The notes under the pieces are model-generated. The model was not told the origin of the DNA and made no database searches. It saw nothing but the letters and a program-made list of their open reading frames with translations. The position numbers and the translations under genes were made by a program. Positions 47,561 through 57,338 of a stretch of DNA of 64,000 nucleotides are shown here, in pieces (positions within the stretch are counted from its first letter, which is position 1; every line of letters starts with the position of its first letter). This DNA is from Candidatus Thorarchaeota archaeon (GTDB lineage Archaea; Asgardarchaeota; Thorarchaeia; Thorarchaeales; Thorarchaeaceae). The stretch lies in assembly GCA_048884965.1 (NCBI GenBank), contig JBHLQH010000016.1, positions 14,465 through 78,464 on the forward strand, read 5' to 3'.

Positions 47561-48027
47561 TATGCCACCTCTTCCAATACAATCTCCACATGGGAAGTGT
47601 TCTCAAAGTAAGGGGTACTGCGACCGAAGGCTCTTTCAATGAAGGCCTTGTAGATACGTCCTCTCTGGGAAGCAGCATGAATGACTCTAAGTCTGTCAAT
47701 ATCCAGACCTTTATTGTCAGCATTCGCTTCCGCGTTCTTCAGTACCTTGAGAATATATTGTGACGCCTTTACAGGATGTCCACCAGGGCCCCATTTCTTC
47801 ATTCCAGGGTGATGGCCCCGCTTTCTTTTGTGACGCCTATAAGGAATCCAGGCTTTCTCCTCGACAACCTGCTCGAGGAGCTCAATTGCTTTGTCCAGCA
47901 TCATGCCCCGAATTTCAGTGCATATCTCTCTGCAGTGTTTTGGAGAGCAGCGCATATTACGACCACTAGCAATAGCGGTCCTATCAGGGTCAATGCCGAT
48001 TATGGAATATCGATATGATGGCATCAT
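47560..48027 (-). CDS. rpl22: 50S ribosomal protein uL22
   Basis: SPKHCREIC..IRGM, PVKA, NAEANA, RAFGR. Confidence 0.96.
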   Translation of the reverse strand: MMPSYRYSIIGIDPDRTAIASGRNMRCSPKHCREICTEIRGMMLDKAIELLEQVVEEKAWIPYRRHKRKRGHHPGMKKWGPGGHPVKASQYILKVLKNAEANADNKGLDIDRLRVIHAASQRGRIYKAFIERAFGRSTPYFENTSHVEIVLEEVA

Positions 48028-48271
48028 GCCTCACTTCCGGTGCGTTATCTTTACTCTTTACACCTTGCGTTAGCTAGGTGCGTTGGTAGTACTATATCGT
48101 TCTCAACAATCACTCCAGAACCTTCCGGCACACGTATGCAAGCGGTTCTCGCGAGCAGAACAAAGTTGCTTGCACTGCTTCCTTCCGTTCTGAAACGACT
48201 ATTTTCAGAGTTCGACAGAGGTCTGCGCGTTGAAGTGTGCTTAAAAGTATTATGAAAGACCACAACTTCTG

Positions 48272-48661
48272 CTAGGGGTTGTTCCCGAATTCAGCAGTGA
48301 CTCGTTTCAACGCGGGAGTGCTGACTGATCTCTCAACAAGTTCAACACCAGAATTAGTAAGAGTTCCTTTGACATAATGTACTCCAGCAGATTGAAGATA
48401 TACTAGTCCTTTCTTCTTCAAATTACTAAGGCTACCTAAGACAATCTGAGTTACCTCGTCATCTGAAAGCTCGATTCCCTTTCCAGGAGTCTGCAAAGTT
48501 TCGGTCATTTTCAGCACATTTCGAATCGAACTCAACTGTCGCCGTTTGCTCTCATATGGATTCGAGAATAGCCATAGCAGTACAATTAGATCAATGACGG
48601 ACATGCCAATATCTGGATTTGCTTCCAGCGCCTTTCTTGCAACTAATTCCACTATTGGCAT
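48272..48661 (-). CDS. Hypothetical winged-helix-like protein
   Basis: SLSNLKKKGLVY..GTLTNSG wing pattern; start reassigned to ATG 48661. Confidence 0.55.
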   Translation of the reverse strand: MPIVELVARKALEANPDIGMSVIDLIVLLWLFSNPYESKRRQLSSIRNVLKMTETLQTPGKGIELSDDEVTQIVLGSLSNLKKKGLVYLQSAGVHYVKGTLTNSGVELVERSVSTPALKRVTAEFGNNP

Positions 48662-48710
48662 GTGAATCATATCCATTTGATACAGGAATGCTATTGAATG
48701 GTTCGAATCA

Positions 48711-49421
48711 TCATATTGCACAGATGTGACCTTGACGAGGTTCATAGATTTCTCCAGCACTCATCAATTTCTCCAATGAAGATATTACTGAATTCGATGA
48801 TATCTGCATCTCTTGGAAATGTGCCAGAACGGAATCGATACTCAGACCATCCTCTTGGCGTTTCAACAACTCGAGGATTTCTTTACTTACATCACGGGTT
48901 GCTTCTTCCGGTTCTCCTTTGGAATCAGGTAATTTGACAAGTTTTACAGTCCAGGGTCTAGGAAATATTAGGACGCCACCGTTAGCCATTGTTGTCAATT
49001 GCTTCTCAACCCAAGCCCAATCCAAGTTCACTGCTTCTGCAAGTTCTTCTAACTTGGTCATTGACAAAGGGTCCTTTTTTGCATGGGCCTCAAGGATGGT
49101 AAGAAGCCTACCTCTCTTTCCTGAAGGAAGATCTCCTTCTTCTACTGTCAGATCTTTAACGGAAATCTTCTTCTCAGGGACTAGAGACCTCACACGTTCA
49201 AGGGATCGTTCAACTGCCTTGTCGAATTCATCACCTCCACGAGAGGCATTAAACCGCTTGACGGCTGTTGATGCTTCAGTATGACTATCGACTAGTACAA
49301 CTGAAGCCCTCGTGATATCAATAATGCTCCCACAATAGCTACATCTTCGTTTCTTTTGACCAACAGGGGCATTGGTGAAATTCCTGCACTTAGGACACAT
49401 GAAGACAAAGAAGTTACTCAA
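48711..49421 (-). CDS. Zn-ribbon (DUF1922-like) protein with two C-terminal winged helices
   Basis: CPKC..CSYC; WH modules ending GVLIFPRPWTVKLV and GEIYEPRQGHI. Confidence 0.65.
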   Translation of the reverse strand: MSNFFVFMCPKCRNFTNAPVGQKKRRCSYCGSIIDITRASVVLVDSHTEASTAVKRFNASRGGDEFDKAVERSLERVRSLVPEKKISVKDLTVEEGDLPSGKRGRLLTILEAHAKKDPLSMTKLEELAEAVNLDWAWVEKQLTTMANGGVLIFPRPWTVKLVKLPDSKGEPEEATRDVSKEILELLKRQEDGLSIDSVLAHFQEMQISSNSVISSLEKLMSAGEIYEPRQGHICAI

Positions 49422-49544
49422 TAATGAAGCACCGACCCTGTAATGATATTGCTTGCTTCCACATATAATGTGCTCGAAGTATGTCCCAGATGAATATCAT
49501 TATATCTTGGAGCGAATCAGCCCGAACTCGAAGGAAGTCGTCAA

Positions 49545-49766
49545 ATGGCAAAGAATGCTCGGGAAATTGCTGTCAACCCTCGATTGTGCAAGGGATGTCA
49601 TATTTGCATATCCGTATGTCCTCATGGGGTCCTGAAGAAATCAGAATCGGTTGATAACAGAGGCTTCTTTCTCCCAGAGGTGAAGGATCTTGCTGCATGC
49701 AGGGTGTGTCATATCTGCGAAATGCATTGTCCTGATTTCGCCATTCGTGTTGTAGAAGAGGAATAG
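49545..49766 (+). CDS. 2x[4Fe-4S] ferredoxin (oxoacid:ferredoxin oxidoreductase delta-like)
   Basis: CKGCHICISVCP and CRVCHICEMHCPDFAI. Confidence 0.9.
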   Translation: MAKNAREIAVNPRLCKGCHICISVCPHGVLKKSESVDNRGFFLPEVKDLAACRVCHICEMHCPDFAIRVVEEE

Positions 49767-49867
49767 ATCAGATCCACTTGTGTGAATTTCCGATGAGTAC
49801 ATAACACACGGGATAAAATAGTAATTAGACAACATAGGTTTCGCATAGTTGGTCAAAGGTGCGAGTC

Positions 49868-50434
49868 ATGGCAAGTCCGCAAATACCGGTCCTATTGGAA
49901 TTGAAGAAGCATCTTGAAGATGAGCTGGAACAGCTAAGAGCTAGAATCAAGCAAATTGAGAGTTTTATTGAGGCCTTAGATGCAACTATCACAACGGGAA
50001 GCTTTGCTACCGCTGATGTGGCTCTCAGCAAAACGGCACCATCTCCATCCGTTTCATCGCCAGCTTCATCATCTACACCTGAATTACGCAGCATTGTACT
50101 GTACAATAAAGGACGTGAGCTTGAGCTGGGTACTTTAGAAGTCACTGAGAACGAAATCCGAGCAATACCTGCAGGTCATGCAGTATATGACATCAAACGA
50201 GGCGCATTTGCTAGATTCTTTGTGGAAAAAATCCTAGGCAAATACCAGGAAGAAGATAGACACAAGGTCGAAGAAGGAGCGATGACTTGGGAAGATGCAT
50301 TTGATTTCGAAGTACGTGCGGATGATGGAATTCTGGAAGAAGTCGTCATACGCAATTATGGCACGGAATCTAGACTAGAGGAGATTGAACGGGCACTACG
50401 ATGGTCCCTTGAGAAAATCTATCGGGCACGATAA
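49868..50434 (+). CDS. Hypothetical protein with N-terminal coiled coil
   Basis: Heptad-rich N-terminus, Ser/Pro linker, globular C-terminal domain. Confidence 0.7.
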   Translation: MASPQIPVLLELKKHLEDELEQLRARIKQIESFIEALDATITTGSFATADVALSKTAPSPSVSSPASSSTPELRSIVLYNKGRELELGTLEVTENEIRAIPAGHAVYDIKRGAFARFFVEKILGKYQEEDRHKVEEGAMTWEDAFDFEVRADDGILEEVVIRNYGTESRLEEIERALRWSLEKIYRAR

Positions 50435-50537
50435 ACAGTCAATAAGGCGCGCAACGTGTTTACCACGGACCATTATTTCCTATGGAGTTTTAAGGGATTA
50501 AGGAGTTCCATGAATCAGTACTGAGAGTGTAGAAAGG

Positions 50538-51152
50538 ATGGAATATCGATACGACCCCAGAGAAATCTCTGTAGATTCAAAGGTTGTAGTCAATATGATA
50601 CGAGATGCCCATCAGTACTTCATCCAGCATCGAATCGATGAGAATTATCAGATGATGGCACTCGATCTCATTCGAAGATACATTTCGCAAGAAGGTCCGC
50701 CAAGAGACCCTGACCCACTCTTTGGAGCAGCTCTATACATGGTTACAAGGCATCCATGGAGTCATCCTAACCCTCTTACCAAGACCGAATTCGCAATGAA
50801 GCTGAGGATGAAAGAGTCCAGTCTAGAATGGTATACTGATAGCATCGCTGACAAGCTCGGTTTCGTAGTTTTGCATGATAAGAATCAGCTTCCATTCTTT
50901 GTTGACTCTCAAGGAACTATCGCTAGTGTCATCTCATCTGTTGTCAGAGCGAGTGTCGGAGAAGAGATAGTCCGAAGTGTGACCTCAAATTCAATGGTTG
51001 CATCTTTTACACTTGCCCAGAAGATTGTCGATAGACTATGCAACATTGTAAACATAGTGCCATTAGCATTCGAGCAAGAGCTTCAAACACTTGTTCAACG
51101 TATGATTGAAGAAGAGAGCGAAAGACTCCTGAACCAGCTACGCGGCAAATGA
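50538..51152 (+). CDS. Hypothetical protein with one TFIIB/cyclin-box-like repeat
   Basis: RDPDPLFGAALYMVTR..PLTKTEFAMKLRMKESSL matches the cyclin-fold pattern. Confidence 0.55.
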   Translation: MEYRYDPREISVDSKVVVNMIRDAHQYFIQHRIDENYQMMALDLIRRYISQEGPPRDPDPLFGAALYMVTRHPWSHPNPLTKTEFAMKLRMKESSLEWYTDSIADKLGFVVLHDKNQLPFFVDSQGTIASVISSVVRASVGEEIVRSVTSNSMVASFTLAQKIVDRLCNIVNIVPLAFEQELQTLVQRMIEEESERLLNQLRGK

Positions 51153-51158
51153 TTTGAC

Positions 51159-51473
51159 TTAGGAATTCTCAGGTTGAAGTGTGACTTCCTCAATGAGCTC
51201 CTTACCTGCGACAACCTGGTCAATTGAATGGATAACTGCTCCAGCCTCTTGAAGGATTTCCTTGATGCCTTCATAGTTGATATTATTGCCCTCAAGTGTG
51301 ACTGTGATTGATTCAGTATTCTGATCAACTTCCTTCAATGTGATATTTACACCTTCAACCCGCTCGTCGCGTGATATCATCAAGGCGAGATCGGTCAGTC
51401 GGGGACTGTGTGGTTTCAAAACGTCTAAAACAATTCTACGAATGCCATGCGGCAACTTTTTCTCAAACCCCAT
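51159..51473 (-). CDS. DUF211 family protein
   Basis: [31 protein letters not shown]. Confidence 0.92.
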   Translation of the reverse strand: MGFEKKLPHGIRRIVLDVLKPHSPRLTDLALMISRDERVEGVNITLKEVDQNTESITVTLEGNNINYEGIKEILQEAGAVIHSIDQVVAGKELIEEVTLQPENS

Positions 51474-51799
51474 AATGGCCTTATTGGCCTACATTCTATG
51501 ACTGTTCGAAGGGTTTTGTCTTGTTAAAGCTTCCTGAGGGGCATAATTTTTGCCTTTGCGTCCCGATTTTATCCCAGTTGGCGGGGAATACCTTACAATA
51601 AAGGTCACCTCCCCAAGGCTTATAATCTCGGAGCGGCAAATAATGTCTGGGTCAAGGATTGGATACAATCCCAGACCTAGCCGGGAAAAAAGGAAGGGAC
51701 GCTCGCTTGAAGCAAGCTAGACTAGATAAGCGCACACAGAGTCCTCCTAATTTGGAAGGGATAAGGACAAATCACAGAGAGAAGGTACCAACTAGATTG

Positions 51800-52015
51800 A
51801 TGGATGTTAATCTCTCTGAATTCAAGACAAACCCATTGTGGCCAATACTCGTTGAAACTACTATGAGAAGCCCATTGTACTCTGGTCTTGTAGGATATAT
51901 TCACGATCAGATAATTCCAAATAATCCTGATATATCTCCAAAAGAGCTTGCAAGCAAACTATCTATTTCCATTGGCGAAGCGCTTGTCATTCTTGATTCG
52001 ATTCGCTACGAGTAG
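51800..52015 (+). CDS. Small HTH-like hypothetical protein
   Basis: NPDISPKELASKLSISIGEALVIL; ATG 51800 is the likely start. Confidence 0.55.
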   Translation: MDVNLSEFKTNPLWPILVETTMRSPLYSGLVGYIHDQIIPNNPDISPKELASKLSISIGEALVILDSIRYE

Positions 52016-52029
52016 TAAACCTGTACTAG

Positions 52030-53160
52030 ATGCGTAGATTTATTCGAGGTTCCAAGCAAAGACCGCTTGGTCGAGGTGTGATTTTGGAACAGAGTGATTT
52101 TCGTAGCTCGAAGTATGCCAATGCAGTAGTCAAAGAGATACAATATCTAATTGATGGAAAGGATTTCAGGATCGTACATGTTTGTGGCACCCATGAAGAT
52201 ACCATCAGTAGTCATGGGCTGAGGTCTCTTCTGCCAAAGAACATCTCTTTGATAGCAGGACCAGGCTGCCCCGTCTGTGTCTGTGCTGCACAGGATGTAG
52301 ATATGGCAATAGAGTTAGCAAAGCAAGGACACATCATTACAACATTTGGTGACATGATTCGAGTACCGTCAACTTCCTCATCTTTAGTAAAAGAACGATC
52401 CAATGGCGCCGATGTACGTGTCGTATATGGAGTAAATGATGCGATTGAGATCGCACGGAAAAATCCTGATCGAGAGGTGATATTCATCGGAGCAGGCTTT
52501 GAAACCACAGCTCCTACGATGGCAATTGAAATAGTCAAAACGCCGCCAGATAATTTTTCCATTCTAACCTCTTTGAAAGTCATTCCTCCGGCAATGGAAA
52601 TCCTAGTTAGTTTAGATGGGTTTGCTGTGGATGGATTTATCACGCCGGGTCATGTAAGCGCAATTATTGGATCTGATGCTTTCTCCACCCTAGCAGAAAA
52701 GCGAAAGGTTCCTTGTGTAGCAGCTGGCTTTGAACCATTGGATGTACTTGAAGCGATTAGAATGATCTTGGTTCAAATCAAAGAAGGCAGAAGCGTATCT
52801 GAGAACGAATACACTAGGGTAGTGAAACCTGAGGGTAATGTTGCAGCTCAGCGGGTTATCGCCAAAGCATTTGAGGTAAAGGATGCTCCGTGGAGAGGGC
52901 TAGGAATTGTTCCAAAATCAGGTTTGTTCATTAAAAGCGAATATCGTCAATACGATGCTCGTAAGAAATTCGATTTTCCACCCATCGAATCGGTGGACAT
53001 TCTACCAGGATGTCGATGCCATGAGGTCATTCTTGGGATGATTGATCCAACTGAATGCATATTATTCGGGAAGAGATGTACTCCAGAAGGACCCTACGGT
53101 CCTTGTATGGTAGGACATGAGGGTACTTGTAGGATCAGACACGAGAGTGGAGGAATATAG
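52030..53160 (+). CDS. hypD: [NiFe]-hydrogenase maturation protein HypD
   Basis: VCGTHE, GPGCPVC, GFETTAP, PGHVS, GPCMV..EGTC. Confidence 0.97.
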   Translation: MRRFIRGSKQRPLGRGVILEQSDFRSSKYANAVVKEIQYLIDGKDFRIVHVCGTHEDTISSHGLRSLLPKNISLIAGPGCPVCVCAAQDVDMAIELAKQGHIITTFGDMIRVPSTSSSLVKERSNGADVRVVYGVNDAIEIARKNPDREVIFIGAGFETTAPTMAIEIVKTPPDNFSILTSLKVIPPAMEILVSLDGFAVDGFITPGHVSAIIGSDAFSTLAEKRKVPCVAAGFEPLDVLEAIRMILVQIKEGRSVSENEYTRVVKPEGNVAAQRVIAKAFEVKDAPWRGLGIVPKSGLFIKSEYRQYDARKKFDFPPIESVDILPGCRCHEVILGMIDPTECILFGKRCTPEGPYGPCMVGHEGTCRIRHESGGI

Positions 53161-53163
53161 AGT

Positions 53164-53781
53164 TCACCTTTGCATTTCCAATTTCTTTAGATCGGCAGGT
53201 GTATTGATATTGACAAATGAATCCAGATTTGGATCAAATCTCTTTAGGATTTCAGTAGAAACATAGAGGACATTGGTAAGCTTGTCCAATAAATCCTGCA
53301 TTCTTCGTCTTCCTGATTCCAAAACAGCAAGCCCTCTTGAATAAGCATGCTCAGTGAGATAGACTCCATGAAGAGGCTCTACATGACCGTTGGGCCAACC
53401 TGGAATGACAGCTCCGTGGCCTTCACTGAGCTGTATGAGGGTTTTCAATACTCCTTTACTAACTAACGGAGTATCTATAGGTAGCAGAAGGGTATGCAAT
53501 GATTTGGAATATTCAAAAGCTGTCACTGCACCATTTAACGCGGACCGGGTTGAATCGTCAGGATCAGATACTATTTCGAGAGCGCCAGCGATCTTGCGAA
53601 TAGCATCCTCTTGCTCCTGATTTGAAACGACCATTAGCACTCTAGAAGATAGTGCTTGGGCAATAGAAAGCATATGAGAAACCAGAGGTCTTCCTTGAAA
53701 CTGGGCTAATGCTTTTTGACCGCCGAATCGAGTGGAGTTGCCGCCACTCAAGATTGCCACTGTAAGATCATCAATTGTCAT
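53164..53781 (-). CDS. mobA: Molybdenum cofactor guanylyltransferase
   Basis: LSGGNSTRFGGQKA, DTP, EPLHGVY, NINTPADL. Confidence 0.9.
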   Translation of the reverse strand: MTIDDLTVAILSGGNSTRFGGQKALAQFQGRPLVSHMLSIAQALSSRVLMVVSNQEQEDAIRKIAGALEIVSDPDDSTRSALNGAVTAFEYSKSLHTLLLPIDTPLVSKGVLKTLIQLSEGHGAVIPGWPNGHVEPLHGVYLTEHAYSRGLAVLESGRRRMQDLLDKLTNVLYVSTEILKRFDPNLDSFVNINTPADLKKLEMQR

Positions 53782-54165
53782 ATCAGTCGCTCCATAGGCT
53801 AGGGAATATCTTAGACCTTGATAATCTATTCCCCATAAAGGTCTAGAAAAGGAAAAGGGGGATGTTCTCAGAACGAGAGGAACATATCATTGCCCAATAA
53901 CTTGGCCAAAGTCAATAGAAGATAGGGCTCATTATAGCCAAACTAGGTCACCGAACAACTCCCCCAAATAGTACATACTAGATATTTGTAACCAGCTAGG
54001 GATTTCGCTCAGTAAACCATCGTAGTTCGCCACATGTCCGGATACAGATTATCAGATAAATGTACGCAGGAATTGAATTTTTACTGCTATCTTTTTCGCC
54101 ATTCAGAAATGCTTATCATACACTCTCAAACGAACGGCACAGATACGAGAAGGATGAAGAAAAGG

Positions 54166-54513
54166 ATGACAGCAATTACAGTGGTTATCAAATCTGAGCC
54201 ATACTCTGATGAGAGCGCATACACCGGACTCAAATTCGCACTGACTGCACTGCAGGATGGACATACCATTGAGATCTTCCTAGTACAGGGCGGAGTGTTT
54301 TGCGCGTTGTATAGACAAGACCCAGTTCATATGCCTAACAACTATGAAATGCTAGAAAGCATCATCAAGTCTGGAGGCAGGGTCGTGTGCTGTGGTACCT
54401 GTACAAAGGCAAGAGGAGTACAACCAGAATCAATTCATCCAAATGTCGAAATTGGTACTATGAATATGTTTGTTGAAATGGTCGCATCGGCTGATAGAAT
54501 CGTGAACTTCTAG
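54166..54513 (+). CDS. DsrE/DsrF/TusD-like sulfur relay protein
   Basis: PYSDE, IFLVQGGV, CGTCTKARG; start reassigned to ATG 54166. Confidence 0.85.
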   Translation: MTAITVVIKSEPYSDESAYTGLKFALTALQDGHTIEIFLVQGGVFCALYRQDPVHMPNNYEMLESIIKSGGRVVCCGTCTKARGVQPESIHPNVEIGTMNMFVEMVASADRIVNF

Positions 54514-54577
54514 TAGAAGGATATCACAGAACGAAAGGTTTTCCACATGCGGGTTAGGAAATAGGTGGGGGTCTATA

Positions 54578-55345
54578 GTGCTATCAGAAAAGGAAAAACT
54601 GGAATTCCTTGATTTCGCCAAGACTATTGCAGAAAATGCAGGGAAGGTTACTCTCGAACACTATGGGATAATCTCGGAATTTGAGAGAAAATCAGATAAC
54701 TCGCCTGTCACAGTTGCGGATAGAGAATCAGAAGTCTTCATCAGGTCTGAAATTCTGTCTGAATATCCAACGCATTCCATAATGGGAGAGGAATTTGAGA
54801 ACAAGGATACCGATTCTGATTTCCGTTGGATCATTGATCCTATTGATGGTACCTCGTCATTTGTGAGAGCAGTACCGTTGTATACAGTACTTCTTGCACT
54901 TCAATACAGAGGCTCACCAGTTCTTGGGGTCATCCATGCACCACGAACTTCTGAAACTGTCTATGCGGCTCTAGAGGTGGGATGCTTCTTCAATGGAAAA
55001 AGGGCTCATGTTTCTTCAACTGAGAAACTCGAGAACGCCTGGGTTCAAGTTACTGACTATGCAGATCTGAAGAAACGCAGACCAGAGTTTACAGAACGAC
55101 TTCTCAATCGTGCTATATCATGTAGAACGTGGGGAGATGCCTATGGGTATCTTCTTGTTGCTACAGGTAGAGCTGATGTCATGATTGATCCCATAATGGC
55201 TCCATGGGACATCGCTCCCCTCTTCCCAATCATTTCTGAGGCAGGGGGTATTTTTACTGACCTTGATGGCAATCCAAACGTAATGGGGAACTCTGCATTG
55301 GCATGTAATCAGATGTTGCATGATGAGATAATGCGAATCATCTGA
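54578..55345 (+). CDS. Inositol monophosphatase family protein (HisN-like histidinol-phosphatase)
   Basis: DNSPVTVADR, GEE, WIIDPIDGT, WGDAYGY, PWDIAP. Confidence 0.9.
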   Translation: MLSEKEKLEFLDFAKTIAENAGKVTLEHYGIISEFERKSDNSPVTVADRESEVFIRSEILSEYPTHSIMGEEFENKDTDSDFRWIIDPIDGTSSFVRAVPLYTVLLALQYRGSPVLGVIHAPRTSETVYAALEVGCFFNGKRAHVSSTEKLENAWVQVTDYADLKKRRPEFTERLLNRAISCRTWGDAYGYLLVATGRADVMIDPIMAPWDIAPLFPIISEAGGIFTDLDGNPNVMGNSALACNQMLHDEIMRII

Positions 55346-56432
55346 TAGCTAGTTTTGGGAACCAAAGTTCTACTCGTGTGCCATGTTCATGGCAACCATC
55401 AACACGGTCACAGATATTGATCTTTGCGCCGTATTTATCAGAAATCAGCCTGCAAAGATGAAGACCTAAGCCTCCTTTTCGCTGTTGCATATCAAGCAGC
55501 TGAGATTTCATGTGATGTGAGATTCCAGGTCCATTATCACTGATAAGAACGGAGTAGCCATCATCGATCTCCGTGGTTCTTATCCAAATCATCTTGTTGA
55601 CACGATTATTATGGATACAGGCATTATCAAGAATGGCGAATAGCAATTGCTCCAAGAACTCATCAGCCATTATAATCGAGTCATCTATTTCCAGCTGTGC
55701 TTCTACATCCACATCTTGACGCTCGATTACTTGCACTAGAGCAGTGTGAATGGCTTCTCGAAGTGATCTTTCTGCGGTCGCGCTTGAGATGATACGCTCC
55801 ATAATCTCCGAGGTCTCAATAATTCGATTGCATTTCTTGATCGAGTCCAAGATATCGAAGAGAAGAAATTCGTGTTCTGTTTCCTTTAGCTTGTAAAGCA
55901 AGAGCTCTGCGGCGGACATGATTACTTGAAGTTGATTTGATATATCATGACTCATAATATCAAGATAGAAGAGCGCGCGGTCAGATGCTAGATACTCTCT
56001 AGAGAGTATTTGCTTGATATTCTGTGGATTGTGCGCAACACAGACGAATCCCATCGGTTCACCAGTTTCATCAAGAACTAGTGAGGATCCAGCTACTATT
56101 GGTATTCGTTTTCCATCAGGTCGCAACAGTAGATATTCTGAGAATGAGCCGACTCTCTTTAGGAGCGTTCTCTTCAGCCCGTCCATTACTCTCCTGCGAT
56201 CCTCAGGAGCTATGAATTCAAGCAAGTTCTTGCCAATATATGCAAAAAGGGTGTCGTGCCCAAGCATCTGCATCGCATGATTATTCATGAACTTGATGGT
56301 CCCTTCTAGATCCAGAACACAAAATGCACCAGGAATCAAGTCAACTATAGCTCTATTATACGCTGCGCAATTACTCTCATCGATCAGCATTTTTTCAGTC
56401 CCAGCTACAAAATGTGGTGGCATATCTATCAC
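55338..56432 (-). CDS. PAS-domain sensor histidine kinase
   Basis: PAS domain; H-box SHDISNQL; N-box LDNA; G1 DNGPGI; G2 GGLGL. Confidence 0.9.
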   Translation of the reverse strand: MIDMPPHFVAGTEKMLIDESNCAAYNRAIVDLIPGAFCVLDLEGTIKFMNNHAMQMLGHDTLFAYIGKNLLEFIAPEDRRRVMDGLKRTLLKRVGSFSEYLLLRPDGKRIPIVAGSSLVLDETGEPMGFVCVAHNPQNIKQILSREYLASDRALFYLDIMSHDISNQLQVIMSAAELLLYKLKETEHEFLLFDILDSIKKCNRIIETSEIMERIISSATAERSLREAIHTALVQVIERQDVDVEAQLEIDDSIIMADEFLEQLLFAILDNACIHNNRVNKMIWIRTTEIDDGYSVLISDNGPGISHHMKSQLLDMQQRKGGLGLHLCRLISDKYGAKINICDRVDGCHEHGTRVELWFPKLAIR

Positions 56433-56609
56433 CAGAAAGGTCCCGCATTCTAAGAGGCTCGAACAATAGTTTGCATAAAAGGTTTGTCTTTACACACCAT
56501 TGTTGTTAGCAAAGGTTTATTATGACACATTAAAATGATTGTGAAGTTTGTAAGAACAAGCTTTATCAGAGCTCTTAATGGCGCCCGGTAAGGTCACGGA
56601 GATAGAGAA

Positions 56610-57338
56610 ATGACACTAGAAGTCGGTGACACGATAAAGGGTATTGAGTTGACTCCAGAGGGAAAGAAACCTGTAAAGAGCATCGATTTCGTTAGTGGTG
56701 AGAGTCGGATAAATGCACTCCATGACCCAGTTAGAATTCAAATCCTTCAGATGTTGCGAGAGGGTATTGATGACTTTGTGACAACTGAAACTGCTGATAA
56801 TAAGAAGATGGTTCTTACAATAACGAAGAGCGTGATAAAGCGACATGCTTTGTCTGTCACAGAACTGATTCAACTATCAAATCGCGAGGAGGGATATGAG
56901 AGTCTTACTAAGAACCAGTTGTACCATCATCTCCCCATATTGATGGAGAATGGATTCGTCATAGAATATGGCACAGTGACTACTGGCAAACGAACAACCA
57001 AGTATTATCGTCGATTGGCAGAGAGTTTTGTCACCTTCGGATTACATTATGGTCCAAAGAGATTCAAAGATGCGCTCCGCAAGGAGATAAGTGGAGCGTT
57101 GCCTGTCTTTAATGTGGATAAATCTCCATCTGAGCTAGAGGAACTGGTTGAGTTACTTGTTGATACTGAAGCCCTTCGTCTAAAATGGGCGAATGTCATA
57201 GAGAATCTAGTGCAGGGTGATGTCACGGACCCCAAAGCCATTGAGCTCTTTGAGTGGTTTCTATGGGTATATGCCACTGGCCAAGATGAGTACAAAGAGA
57301 TGTTAGATAGATTAAGAGCGTCTCTCTTTGGTGCCTAA
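56610..57338 (+). CDS. ArsR-like winged-helix regulator
   Basis: ALHDPVRIQIL..LYHHLPILMENG..KYYRR. Confidence 0.75.
   Translation: MTLEVGDTIKGIELTPEGKKPVKSIDFVSGESRINALHDPVRIQILQMLREGIDDFVTTETADNKKMVLTITKSVIKRHALSVTELIQLSNREEGYESLTKNQLYHHLPILMENGFVIEYGTVTTGKRTTKYYRRLAESFVTFGLHYGPKRFKDALRKEISGALPVFNVDKSPSELEELVELLVDTEALRLKWANVIENLVQGDVTDPKAIELFEWFLWVYATGQDEYKEMLDRLRASLFGA

Noticed and set aside
51584-51615. GGGGA..ACCTT/AAGGT..TCCCC hairpin as an archaeal SECIS or sRNA
   Set aside because: It lies in a divergent promoter region with no adjacent TGA-containing gene and is too short to support a call.
53782-54030. Moco/Tuco riboswitch upstream of mobA
   Set aside because: The consensus elements were not recognisable.
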